Below are positions 16,360 through 24,701 of a DNA stretch of 26,877 nucleotides, piece by piece. The position numbers and the translations under genes are program-made. Source of the stretch: Bizionia paragorgiae (GTDB taxonomy: Bacteria; Bacteroidota; Bacteroidia; Flavobacteriales; Flavobacteriaceae); contig NZ_FNQK01000024.1 of the NCBI RefSeq assembly GCF_900107625.1, positions 1 to 26,877 on the forward strand, in the 5' to 3' direction. Numbering within the stretch: the stretch's first letter is position 1; every line of letters begins with the position of its first letter. The notes under the pieces were generated by a model. It had not been told where the DNA came from. It did no database searches and saw nothing but the letters and a program-made list of their open reading frames with translations.

Positions 16360-17043
16360 TTAAATTGATTTAAGAGCCTTTAAACTTGCCTCTGTTAGAT
16401 AGCCTAAGTCTAGCAAGTCATCGTGGCTCGCTATTGCTTTTAAGACCCCCTTTTGTAGACACACAAGAGTATCTGCTAAATGTATTACATTTTTGTAATC
16501 ATGATCGGTAATTATAAAGCCTTTCTTCGCTTTCATTGACTTAAGATAGTCAATAATATAATCTCTCACTATAGGACTCACCCCATTAAAAGGCTCGTCC
16601 AACAATATAAAATCTGCCTTTGAATGAATAATTAATAGAATTTCAACAATTCGTTTTTCACCTCCCGACAATTCCTGATTCTTTTTATCTAATAGCGGAA
16701 CAATATGAGGGTTTTTAAGCACTACGTCCCTATTTTCCTTTTCCAGAAATAATGCAATAAGCGATTTTATACGTATGCTATTTGGCAGGAAGTTTTCTTG
16801 AGGCAAATAATTAATTAGCCCACGTCCTTCCGATAAATTTTTAATATGCCGCCCCCCTATTTTTATAAATTTAAAATCGGATTTCTCTATTCCGAAAATA
16901 ATTTTAAGTAGTGTTGACTTCCCCGATCCGTTGCGCCCTAGTAATCCTTTAATCTCGCCTAATTTACAGGCTAGAAACACATCGCTTAAAATCACTTTAC
17001 CATGGTAGGACTTACTTATACTATCAACATGTAACACACTCAT
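16360..17043 (-). CDS. ABC transporter ATP-binding protein.
   Basis: Walker A is GRNGSGKST, the ABC signature is LSGGEKR, Walker B is ILLDEP and an H-loop (ITDHD) is present. The stand-alone NBD is 227 aa. Confidence 0.9.
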   Translation of the reverse strand: MSVLHVDSISKSYHGKVILSDVFLACKLGEIKGLLGRNGSGKSTLLKIIFGIEKSDFKFIKIGGRHIKNLSEGRGLINYLPQENFLPNSIRIKSLIALFLEKENRDVVLKNPHIVPLLDKKNQELSGGEKRIVEILLIIHSKADFILLDEPFNGVSPIVRDYIIDYLKSMKAKKGFIITDHDYKNVIHLADTLVCLQKGVLKAIASHDDLLDLGYLTEASLKALKSI

Positions 17044-17315
17044 ATTGCCAATAGTATTAATAAATTAACAACACCAATGACGACGGTCGATAACCAAAGA
17101 ACGCCATGACTTAAACCCAAATTATAATAGTAGTAATATTGGCTTCTATTTTTTATCTCATAAAAGAAAGCATGGTTTAAAAGCGCGATTGGAAAAAAGA
17201 AAACCCCAATTACGGCGGGATCAAAATCCAACAACAGCCCAATTAGCATAGCTATACTATAGGAAGTAAAGAATATCTTTTTTTGAAATAAAAGCATGTT
17301 TTTAAATAATCTCAA
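17040..17315 (-). CDS. Small (91 aa) polytopic membrane protein, translationally coupled (ATGA overlap) to the ABC ATPase.
   Basis: Three hydrophobic helices are predicted. There is an unusual YYYYY run in a loop. The stop overlaps the ABC ATPase start by 4 nt. No full-length permease gene is adjacent. Confidence 0.5.
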   Translation of the reverse strand: MRLFKNMLLFQKKIFFTSYSIAMLIGLLLDFDPAVIGVFFFPIALLNHAFFYEIKNRSQYYYYYNLGLSHGVLWLSTVVIGVVNLLILLAI

Positions 17316-17377
17316 AAGTGGGTTGTCTGATTTTTTTAAACTTATATGCCACCAGGCATTAACACCCTGAAAAAGTC

Positions 17378-18124
17378 TTATTCGATTTTGTACAATACCG
17401 GTTTACTCGGAGAGGCATCATTTTCGAAAGGCGCTATTTGAAGGTTTAGAATGTACGATCCATCAGAAATCTTATTGGGTACATAAATAAACTCGGTAAT
17501 GGTGGCTTCTTTTCTAAGCGTTCCATTGTAATCCCAAAAGGCTTTATGTGCTAATAATGCGCCATTGTCTTTCTCTTTATCAACACTTGGCAAATCGATA
17601 AGTAAATGCTGAATATTCTTAGTTTTTAGATACTCGGCCGCTTCCTCTGTAAGATAAGCCCAATTGGTATTAGAATATTGTCGTGACTTTTTATCTGTCG
17701 TATTCGGCATAGTACGAATCACTAAAGCTTGTGGCATCTTACGTTTTAATAAAAACTGAATTTGCTGCTTACTAATAACATAATCTTCTCCTTGTAATTC
17801 GGGTGCTACAGTAATGAGCTCGGCTACAAAAAAGAACTTTTTTAAACATTTATTAATACTATAGACTTTTTCGGTAATATGACCTACACATTCTGTATGT
17901 GTGCCATGTGCATGTGGATTAAACTGTATAGTATTAAAATTTATAGAGGCTCCCTTTTTTACACTAGCTACCCAATCATCAATCTCTACAGGCTGTATTT
18001 CTGGAGCTCCAATATACCATGCGTTGGCATTACTTTTAGAAGCCCTTAAAGGCATGGAAATATCTAAGGGTTTATTTAAATCTACTTTATACTTTTTACT
18101 ATTGACTTGAATTGTTGCGTTCAC
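17378..18124 (-). CDS. Cyclase-family protein (kynurenine formamidase/arylformamidase-like metal-dependent hydrolase).
   Basis: The sequence contains HAHGTHTECVGH, matching the Cyclase-family HxGTHxDxPxH metal-binding signature with Glu in place of Asp. It is about 250 aa. Confidence 0.65.
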   Translation of the reverse strand: MNATIQVNSKKYKVDLNKPLDISMPLRASKSNANAWYIGAPEIQPVEIDDWVASVKKGASINFNTIQFNPHAHGTHTECVGHITEKVYSINKCLKKFFFVAELITVAPELQGEDYVISKQQIQFLLKRKMPQALVIRTMPNTTDKKSRQYSNTNWAYLTEEAAEYLKTKNIQHLLIDLPSVDKEKDNGALLAHKAFWDYNGTLRKEATITEFIYVPNKISDGSYILNLQIAPFENDASPSKPVLYKIE

Positions 18125-19254
18125 TATATATTAATTTTAAATAAATCGGAAGCGATACCATCGCTTAAAAATTTACCTTTTTTGGTTACTTTTAATTTTT
18201 CATTTTCAATATACAATAATTGTTCTTTTATATGCTTATCCGACTGTTTTAAAAGATAATCTTCAAAGTTTTCACCAAAATCTGTTCTAACCTTTTCTAA
18301 AGACACGCCCCAAATGGTGCGCAATCCCGTCATAACATACTCGTTATATTTGTCCGTTACACTTAATGTTTCTACCTCTAAAGGCAGCCTATTTTGTTCT
18401 ATCGCTTCAATATATTTCGTATTATTTTTAATATTCCAACTGCGTTGTTCACCATTAAACGAATGCGCAGAGGGCCCTATACCCAAGTAGGTTTTACCCT
18501 GCCAATAGGCAGAATTATTGCGACTAAAATAGCCCGGCTTACCAAAATTAGACAACTCGTAGTGTACAAATCCTTGTCCTTCGAGAGCATCGATTAAAAT
18601 AAAAAACTGCTGTTGCGCCCGCTCATCATCAACCTGATCAATAACGCCTTTTTTTATAAAGGACGCCAGCGCCGTTTTAGGCTCTACCGTTAGCGCATAA
18701 CTCGAAATATGATTAACACCAAACGCTAAAGCCTGCTCAATATTGGCTTTCCATTGCGCATCACTAGCTCCTGGAATTCCATAAATTAAATCTAATGAAA
18801 TATTATCAAAATGCTGACTTGCAAAGGTTAGACAGTCCATAGCTTCCTGTGCATTGTGGGCGCGATTCATTAGTTTTAAATCGGATTCAAAAAACGATTG
18901 TATTCCAATACTCAATCGGTTAATCGCTGTATCTTTCAACTCTAAAATCCGCTCTTGAGTTAAATCATCAGGATTCGCTTCTAAAGTAATTTCCGGAGCA
19001 TCTGTAACCGGATAGTTTTTATAAACTGCAGCAAGTATCGCTTCTATTTCCTCATTGCTTAATAAGGACGGCGTTCCTCCACCAAAATAAATAGTTTCAA
19101 TCACTTGTCCCTCTGTTTCTGATGTCCGCATTCCAATTTCGTGGATTAAGGCCTCAACAAGAGCGTCTTTTTTTTTCAATGAGGTCGAAAAATAAAAGTC
19201 ACAATAATGGCAAGCTTGCTTGCAAAAAGGAATATGTATATAGATACCCGACAT
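18124..19254 (-). CDS. hemW: Radical SAM heme chaperone HemW (oxygen-independent coproporphyrinogen-III oxidase-like).
   Basis: The N-terminus MSGIYIHIPFCKQACHYCDFYF carries the CxxxCxxC radical-SAM motif in the HemW context. The protein is 376 aa with a C-terminal HemN_C-like region. Confidence 0.9.
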   Translation of the reverse strand: MSGIYIHIPFCKQACHYCDFYFSTSLKKKDALVEALIHEIGMRTSETEGQVIETIYFGGGTPSLLSNEEIEAILAAVYKNYPVTDAPEITLEANPDDLTQERILELKDTAINRLSIGIQSFFESDLKLMNRAHNAQEAMDCLTFASQHFDNISLDLIYGIPGASDAQWKANIEQALAFGVNHISSYALTVEPKTALASFIKKGVIDQVDDERAQQQFFILIDALEGQGFVHYELSNFGKPGYFSRNNSAYWQGKTYLGIGPSAHSFNGEQRSWNIKNNTKYIEAIEQNRLPLEVETLSVTDKYNEYVMTGLRTIWGVSLEKVRTDFGENFEDYLLKQSDKHIKEQLLYIENEKLKVTKKGKFLSDGIASDLFKINI

Positions 19255-19362
19255 AGTAGTATTTGTATTGTGTTTAAACTAAAAACGAATGCTTTTAAGT
19301 TGTTTTAACCACAGCCTTAAAACGGCTGTTTTCAGATTTTTGTTTTCGTAGGTATAGCGCTA

Positions 19363-19917
19363 TTATTTTTTAACACGCTTTTCATTTTGCTTAACAAAAG
19401 CACTCCACCCCGTATAACTTTTACCAATTTCTACACGACCTTCATTATAAAAATGACAAACTGCAGCCGCTAGACCATCCATAGAATCTAAATTCTTTGG
19501 CAGGGATTTTAAACCGAGCATACCTTGCAACATTTTAGCGACTTGCTCCTTACTAGCATTACCATTACCGGTAATCGCCATTTTTATTTTTTTCGGTGCA
19601 TACTCGGTAATAGGAACTTCTCGCGATAGTCCCGCGGCCATTGCAACACCCTGAGCGCGCCCTAATTTTAGCATACTCTGAACATTTTTACCAAAAAATG
19701 GTGCTTCAATAGCAATCTCATCGGGGTGATGCGTATCGATTAATTCTATGGTGCGTTCAAAAATAAGCTTGAGTTTTAAATAGTGATCGTCATATTTTTT
19801 TAAATCCAACTCGTTAAGCTGAAGGAATTGCATTTTTTTATTCACTACTTTTATAAGTCCAAAACCCATAATAGTCGTTCCTGGATCGATACCTAAAATA
19901 ATTTTTTCTCCTGCCAT
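19363..19917 (-). CDS. ruvC: Crossover junction endodeoxyribonuclease RuvC.
   Basis: The N-terminus IILGIDPGTTIMGFGLI carries the catalytic Asp. The protein is 184 aa with an RNase H-like fold pattern typical of RuvC. Confidence 0.9.
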   Translation of the reverse strand: MAGEKIILGIDPGTTIMGFGLIKVVNKKMQFLQLNELDLKKYDDHYLKLKLIFERTIELIDTHHPDEIAIEAPFFGKNVQSMLKLGRAQGVAMAAGLSREVPITEYAPKKIKMAITGNGNASKEQVAKMLQGMLGLKSLPKNLDSMDGLAAAVCHFYNEGRVEIGKSYTGWSAFVKQNEKRVKK

Positions 19918-20547
19918 TTAATTACACGTTCTGCACCCGCTTAATGCGACCGACACACCAACCGTTACGGTTAATAAATTACCATTAAAAGAGCCATAGC
20001 CATTAAATTCTGGTTCAAAATCACCCGCAAAACCATAAATATAACTTCCATCTAAGTAAATAGACACGGTCTCATCTATAGTATAATGAAATTCTAAGCC
20101 TGCCATAGCGTTTAAAAACGACAGCTTATTATCACCATAGGCATCCAAAGGTTTAATTATGGAATACCCAGGACCAATATGTGCTATCGAAGCCATTCGC
20201 AAAGGTAAAAATCGCATATGTCGCGTGGCATCATAAACAAACTGAGCGTTGATACGTGTATAATTCACTTTAAAATCCGGCGTATTATCGGCATTAGCAA
20301 AGCGGTTATACCCTAAATCTAACCGCGCTCCCATTTGAGGGGTAAATAAGGTTTGTATCCCTAAGTTTATCGTAGGGAAATTTAGAGAATTCCCTTCAAA
20401 GTCACCAACAAAACCACTTTGCGACGGACTATTAACACCGACAGCTAATAGTGCACGCCATTTGCTTGTATCACGCTGCGCGAGAAGTGCGGTTGAAGTC
20501 ATTAAGAATAGAATTATAAAACAATAGCCTATATGTGAAGTCTTCAT
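19918..20547 (-). CDS. Outer-membrane beta-barrel protein (small porin/OMP_b-brl-like) with signal peptide.
   Basis: A signal peptide (MKTSHIGYCFIILFLMTSTALLAQ) is present. Short amphipathic strands alternate with Gly/Asn/Tyr/Phe-rich segments. Its stop abuts the ruvC start, so the two are operonic. Confidence 0.55.
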   Translation of the reverse strand: MKTSHIGYCFIILFLMTSTALLAQRDTSKWRALLAVGVNSPSQSGFVGDFEGNSLNFPTINLGIQTLFTPQMGARLDLGYNRFANADNTPDFKVNYTRINAQFVYDATRHMRFLPLRMASIAHIGPGYSIIKPLDAYGDNKLSFLNAMAGLEFHYTIDETVSIYLDGSYIYGFAGDFEPEFNGYGSFNGNLLTVTVGVSVALSGCRTCN

Positions 20548-20769
20548 TGTATTATTTTTAGTTTATTTTGCAAACATTAAATTTGGCTTCGCTTTTTAAA
20601 AGCCTTTTAATTAACATGGATAAAGCCATACCCTACAAAACTAATCAATTAATTTTTGTACTCATTAAATTGAGTTTAGTACTTGCTGCTTTTTATTTTA
20701 TTTATTGTAAATCAAAATATGCCTTTAGAATCTTTTACAACAACAAATGACTTTAAACAAAAACTTACC

Positions 20770-21249
20770 CTATTCAGCAACAGATACAATTAACGGTAAG
20801 GTAAATGTTGTTTTTACGGGTTGATCGCGTTTAATAGCAGGGAAAATTTCCGGAAGTGTTTCTAAGCTTTCTTGTAACACAGTCTTAATAGTTGGGATTT
20901 CATGAATCGTTAACGAATCGACTTTAATATGATTTAATGCCAGTATCCCTTTTTCGGATACACTAAATTCCATAACTACGGTATCATTAATAGATTGAGT
21001 CACAATAAAGCGATGTGCTAAAAAAGTCTCAGCAATATGTGTGGCCAAAGTATTTTCAAAACATGCTTTCCTATCTTCTTTAGAACTTAGTGTTTCGCAA
21101 GAAGCAAAAGCAGGGTACGCATCAACCGTATTCCAATTGAATGATTTAAGCTCTTCATTTAAAATATCTTCCGAAGCTATTTTTTCGGCTTCAAAATATT
21201 TACATGAAAAAACAGTGACTAGCAGTAAAAAAACAAGTGCTTTTTTCAT
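20770..21249 (-). CDS. Lipoprotein with TonB C-terminal-like domain.
   Basis: A signal peptide with lipobox (LLVTVFSC) is present. The domain (VDAYPAFASCETLSSKEDRKACFENT…TTFTLPLIV) has the same architecture as the C-terminus of the adjacent BlaR1-like protein (EVPTFAECEDL…KRKCF…VTFFLPIHF). Confidence 0.6.
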   Translation of the reverse strand: MKKALVFLLLVTVFSCKYFEAEKIASEDILNEELKSFNWNTVDAYPAFASCETLSSKEDRKACFENTLATHIAETFLAHRFIVTQSINDTVVMEFSVSEKGILALNHIKVDSLTIHEIPTIKTVLQESLETLPEIFPAIKRDQPVKTTFTLPLIVSVAE

Positions 21250-21293
21250 AATCTAAACTGAACGTGAAAAGTACAATTAATTCTTCTAAAAAG

Positions 21294-21327
21294 AAAAAAC
21301 CGAAGACAGTGCTTCGGTTTTATTTTA
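21294..21327 (-). terminator. Intrinsic terminator downstream of the second blaR1-like gene.
   Basis: aaccgaag-acagtg-cttcggtt is an 8-bp perfect stem. On the minus strand it is followed by uuuuuucuuuuu, and it lies 20 nt below the stop at 21345. Confidence 0.75.
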
Positions 21328-21344
21328 CAGCGGTTGAGATCACT

Positions 21345-22763
21345 TTATTTCACCATGAAATGAATAGGTAAAAAGAAGGTCACGTTTACAGGCTTACCAT
21401 CTTGTTTTCCTGCATTTATTTTCGGCAGTAAGCTTACAACACGTTTAGCTTCTTCTTCCAATAAGATATGGGGACCTCTTGTTTTGATGTCCTTAATTTC
21501 ACCGTTTTTAGCAATGGTAAAAAAGACACTGATTTTTTGATTTCCCACTAATTTTAATTCATCGGCGACTTTAGGGTTAAAATGATTAGCAACAAAAGTG
21601 TTAACCATCTTACTAAAACATTTTCTTTTCTCAGTATTGCTACCTAAGTCCTCACACTCTGCAAAAGTGGGTACCTCGTCGATATCTAGAAATGAAAATG
21701 AATCTTGATTGTTTGACAATAGATGTTCGCGTTCTATTTTTAAAGTGTTCACTTTAGACTCTTCTAGCATCTCTACCAACTCAACTAAGGCTTTTTCTTC
21801 TAAAGGGGTGATTGTGCCTTGTGTACTTATAGAAGACTTTAAAGCTTCTATTTGTTGTACGATACTTAGATTTTGATTCGTGTTGTCCTCCTGTGCAGTA
21901 CAAGAGGTATACACAAGCATAAACACAACTAAAGGTAATACTAACGTGTATTTTAAAACGTTTACTCGATTTGATTTTGATTTACTTAACATAATGATTC
22001 GTTTTTTGATTAATGATTGTTTAAAAAATGGATTGATGAATGAAATGGATTGTGTATCAAAAACTTGAGAAAGTAAATTTTCATAGTACACTTTTTTACT
22101 GTGCTGTTTTACAGCTTTCGAGTCAGCTATAAATTCATGAACCTCAGCGATTCGTTTTTGATAGATATAAATTAATGGATTAAACCAAAATAGAATACGT
22201 AGTAGTTCAAACACTAATAAATCTAAGGAGTGCTTTTGGCTGACATGCACCTTTTCATGGGCTAAAATCGCCGATCGCTTGCTGGTTGAAATGGCGTCTC
22301 CCAAAAAAATAAAATTAAAAAAAGAAAATGCCGAAGTACTATTTTTTAAATAAATCAGCGTTATACGGCCTTGTTTCTCTCCCTGGTTACCCCTTAATAA
22401 TTTAATGATTTGGAATACCTTAAAACTCAATATTAGTGCTGATATTACCCAACCAAAAAACAACAGATTCTCCCAAGTGAACACTGTTATATTTGAAATA
22501 AACACAGGATCTAGATGCTGAACACCCAAAAATTTATGAGGTGATGAACCTATAATAACTTCTGGCAAGGAAACCACATAAGCTTCCGGAATAATCCTTT
22601 TAAAATGATCTATTTTTACAAATGGTATAACAAGAGAAATAAGAACAGTCACTAATAAATACGCTCTATTATAATTAAAAAAAGTTTCCTTTTTTAAGAC
22701 TATATCATACACTAATAAAAATAGTGATTGAAAAACAATGATTTGAATACAATAGTGTAACAT
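21345..22763 (-). CDS. BlaR1-like M56 metallopeptidase fused to a TonB C-terminal-like domain (second paralog).
   Basis: The N-terminal TM helices are followed by HEXXH in AHEKVHVSQKHSLD and a further TM. The C-terminal ~110 aa are a TonB_C-like domain (…VPTFAECEDLGSNTEKRKCF…KPVNVTFFLPIHFMVK). The gene starts 1 nt after the blaI-like stop. Confidence 0.8.
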   Translation of the reverse strand: MLHYCIQIIVFQSLFLLVYDIVLKKETFFNYNRAYLLVTVLISLVIPFVKIDHFKRIIPEAYVVSLPEVIIGSSPHKFLGVQHLDPVFISNITVFTWENLLFFGWVISALILSFKVFQIIKLLRGNQGEKQGRITLIYLKNSTSAFSFFNFIFLGDAISTSKRSAILAHEKVHVSQKHSLDLLVFELLRILFWFNPLIYIYQKRIAEVHEFIADSKAVKQHSKKVYYENLLSQVFDTQSISFINPFFKQSLIKKRIIMLSKSKSNRVNVLKYTLVLPLVVFMLVYTSCTAQEDNTNQNLSIVQQIEALKSSISTQGTITPLEEKALVELVEMLEESKVNTLKIEREHLLSNNQDSFSFLDIDEVPTFAECEDLGSNTEKRKCFSKMVNTFVANHFNPKVADELKLVGNQKISVFFTIAKNGEIKDIKTRGPHILLEEEAKRVVSLLPKINAGKQDGKPVNVTFFLPIHFMVK

Positions 22764-22764
22764 A

Positions 22765-23139
22765 TTATTCCTTTTTTAGTGGGACTTCGGAATTAATATC
22801 TTTTAAAACCGATTCCAACTCATTAAGACTGATGTCGTTATTTTTCATAAAAAACGACACCATACTTTTAAAAGAACCTTGAAAATAGTTATCGACTAAC
22901 TTATTAATAGACTGATTACTGTAGTCTTGTTTTTTCAACAGAGGAAAATAAATATGCCCTTTTCCTTTTTTTTCATAATCGACAAAACCTTTACTTTCTA
23001 GAATTCTAACAATAGTAGATACCGTGTTATAAGCCGGCTTAGGATTATCTAATTGTTCCAAAATCTGCTTGACATTGGCTTTTTTTAATTGCCAAAGCAC
23101 CTGCATTATATCCTCTTCCGCTTTTGTTAACTGCCTCAT
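22765..23139 (-). CDS. BlaI/MecI/CopY-family repressor (second paralog).
   Basis: The 124-aa protein has an N-terminus LTKAEEDIMQVLWQLKKANVKQILEQL…NTVSTIVRILESKGFV that matches the Penicillinase_R family and the first paralog. Confidence 0.85.
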   Translation of the reverse strand: MRQLTKAEEDIMQVLWQLKKANVKQILEQLDNPKPAYNTVSTIVRILESKGFVDYEKKGKGHIYFPLLKKQDYSNQSINKLVDNYFQGSFKSMVSFFMKNNDISLNELESVLKDINSEVPLKKE

Positions 23140-23176
23140 TTTAAAATCCTTATTTTTATTTCCCTAAAACAAATAT

Positions 23177-23210
23177 AACTAAAAAATTAGTTTAAACTAA
23201 TTTTTTAGTT
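23177..23210. promoter_or_regulatory. 34-bp perfect palindrome in the divergent promoter region between blaI-2 and the DUF456 gene; candidate operator.
   Basis: aactaaaaaattagttt|aaactaattttttagtt has a zero-mismatch dyad axis. It lies 38 nt upstream of the blaI-2 start (23139) and 50 nt upstream of the DUF456 start (23260). Confidence 0.5.
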
Positions 23211-23259
23211 ATAAAATAGTAACATTATTCACTTTTAAACGTCTTATAGTAAACTTTTT

Positions 23260-23757
23260 ATGGATTTACTTTATATTTGTATTGGCTTTTCATTTATTCT
23301 AATGGGCATAGTTGGAAGCTTACTACCTGTTCTTCCTGGCCCACCCCTAAGTTGGGTTGGCCTCTTATTCCTTTATTTCACCACACCACTGGACTACGAT
23401 TGGTTATTTTTAGGTATTACACTAGCTATTGCCCTAATTGTTTTTGCTCTAGATTACATTATTCCAGCCCTTGGAACCAAGCGCTTTGGGGGTACTAAAG
23501 CCGGAATGATTGGAACATCTATTGGGTTAATAATAGGACTTATAGCTCCAATTCCTGGAGGTATAATTATAGGCCCTTTTATCGGTGCACTCGTCGGAGA
23601 AGTACTAAATAAAACGGATTTTAAAACCGCATTAAAAGCTGCCTTCGGTTCCTTTTTAGGATTTATTACGGGAACCTTTATAAAATTTATGGTAGCAGTA
23701 ATTTATGCAGGACTATTTATAACCATTGTTTGGGAGCATAGAGACATACTATTTTAA
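23260..23757 (+). CDS. DUF456-family small inner-membrane protein.
   Basis: The 165-aa protein has four hydrophobic helices. Its N-terminus …MGIVGSLLPVLPGPPLSWVGLLFLY… matches the conserved LPGPPL start of DUF456 proteins. Confidence 0.6.
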   Translation: MDLLYICIGFSFILMGIVGSLLPVLPGPPLSWVGLLFLYFTTPLDYDWLFLGITLAIALIVFALDYIIPALGTKRFGGTKAGMIGTSIGLIIGLIAPIPGGIIIGPFIGALVGEVLNKTDFKTALKAAFGSFLGFITGTFIKFMVAVIYAGLFITIVWEHRDILF

Positions 23758-24002
23758 ACAAAAAAACCTTATGGTGTTTTTTTAAACAACCATAAGGTAA
23801 GTGTAAATATGTGTACTATGCTATTATTAACAAACCACCAAGGAAAGAAAATAATTGGTTTGTTGGTATAAACTTAAAAAAATAAATTTTAATGCATTAC
23901 GGCAAAAACCGTAATAAAAAGCACGAAAAGAGTCAAATCATCCCATTTTAGTAGGATAATCGTTGATTAAAAAAAATAAAAAAAATGTATTTTAAGCTTT
24001 CT

Positions 24003-24680
24003 TTATACAAAACCTGCTTTTTTAGCGGCGATCACTAGGGAGTCATCTTTACCATCTGTAATATTAAAAATCTCCTTTAAGTATTTTTTACGTTTTTCAA
24101 TCATACTCAGAGAAAGATGAATACGATGTGTCATATCTTTATTTTTAACACCTTGAGATAGAAGATACAGTATTTCGTGATTTACTTCATCCACATCTAA
24201 CCCAGTAGATAAGGTTTTTTTTAATATTTGATTAACCGTACCACTATAGTAGGGCGGAAAATTAATAATAGCCTGAAAAGCACTTGACAACTCACTTGCA
24301 GTGATATCACTTTTAATTAAAAAGCCATCGGGTTTAATGTTTTTTATAATATTATGAATACGATAAGACTCATTAAACATAGTTAGCAATACCACTTTTG
24401 AATCTGGCACATATCGTCTAACATAAGACGCTAAATCTACGCCCGACTGGTAAATACCATCTTCAGTTGGAGGAATACTTATATCGAAAAAAAACAAATC
24501 GTAAGGTGCGTTTATCGCAATCGATTTCGTTATTGCCTTTATAGACTGTTCACAATTTGCTGCAATATCAATAATTAACTCTTGATCTTCCTTTTTAGTA
24601 GACAGTAAGGTATTTTGATATCCTTCAATAATCATAGGATGATCGTCGGTCATTAATATCTTAATTTGCGTTTTATTCAT
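24003..24680 (-). CDS. Two-component response regulator, NarL/FixJ (LuxR-type HTH) family.
   Basis: The receiver domain (KILMTDDHPMIIEG… with acidic pocket; FFDISIPP phospho-Asp region) is followed by a C-terminal GerE/LuxR HTH (EILYLLSQGVKNKDMTHRIHLSLSMIEKRKKYLKEIF). Confidence 0.85.
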   Translation of the reverse strand: MNKTQIKILMTDDHPMIIEGYQNTLLSTKKEDQELIIDIAANCEQSIKAITKSIAINAPYDLFFFDISIPPTEDGIYQSGVDLASYVRRYVPDSKVVLLTMFNESYRIHNIIKNIKPDGFLIKSDITASELSSAFQAIINFPPYYSGTVNQILKKTLSTGLDVDEVNHEILYLLSQGVKNKDMTHRIHLSLSMIEKRKKYLKEIFNITDGKDDSLVIAAKKAGFV

Positions 24681-24701
24681 AGCTCAATAACTTGCTTTTT
24701 A

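Noticed and set aside
17901-18110. 69-aa + ORF inside the cyclase gene, and 18394..18597 + inside hemW
   Set aside because: Antisense chance ORFs within conserved enzyme genes.
21041-22068. + strand ORFs 21041..21256 and 21880..22068
   Set aside because: They are embedded antisense in the TonB-C lipoprotein and blaR1-like genes respectively, with no motifs.
23277-23498. 73-aa ORF in an alternative frame of the DUF456 gene
   Set aside because: Same strand but a different frame of a membrane-protein CDS with the conserved LPGPPL motif. The Trp/Cys-rich translation is typical of off-frame reading.
23894-23913. Perfect 7-bp hairpin attacgg-caaaaa-ccgtaat downstream of the response regulator gene
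   Set aside because: It is not followed by a U-run on either strand. On the minus strand the U-run precedes the stem, so it is probably not an intrinsic terminator. I left it unannotated.
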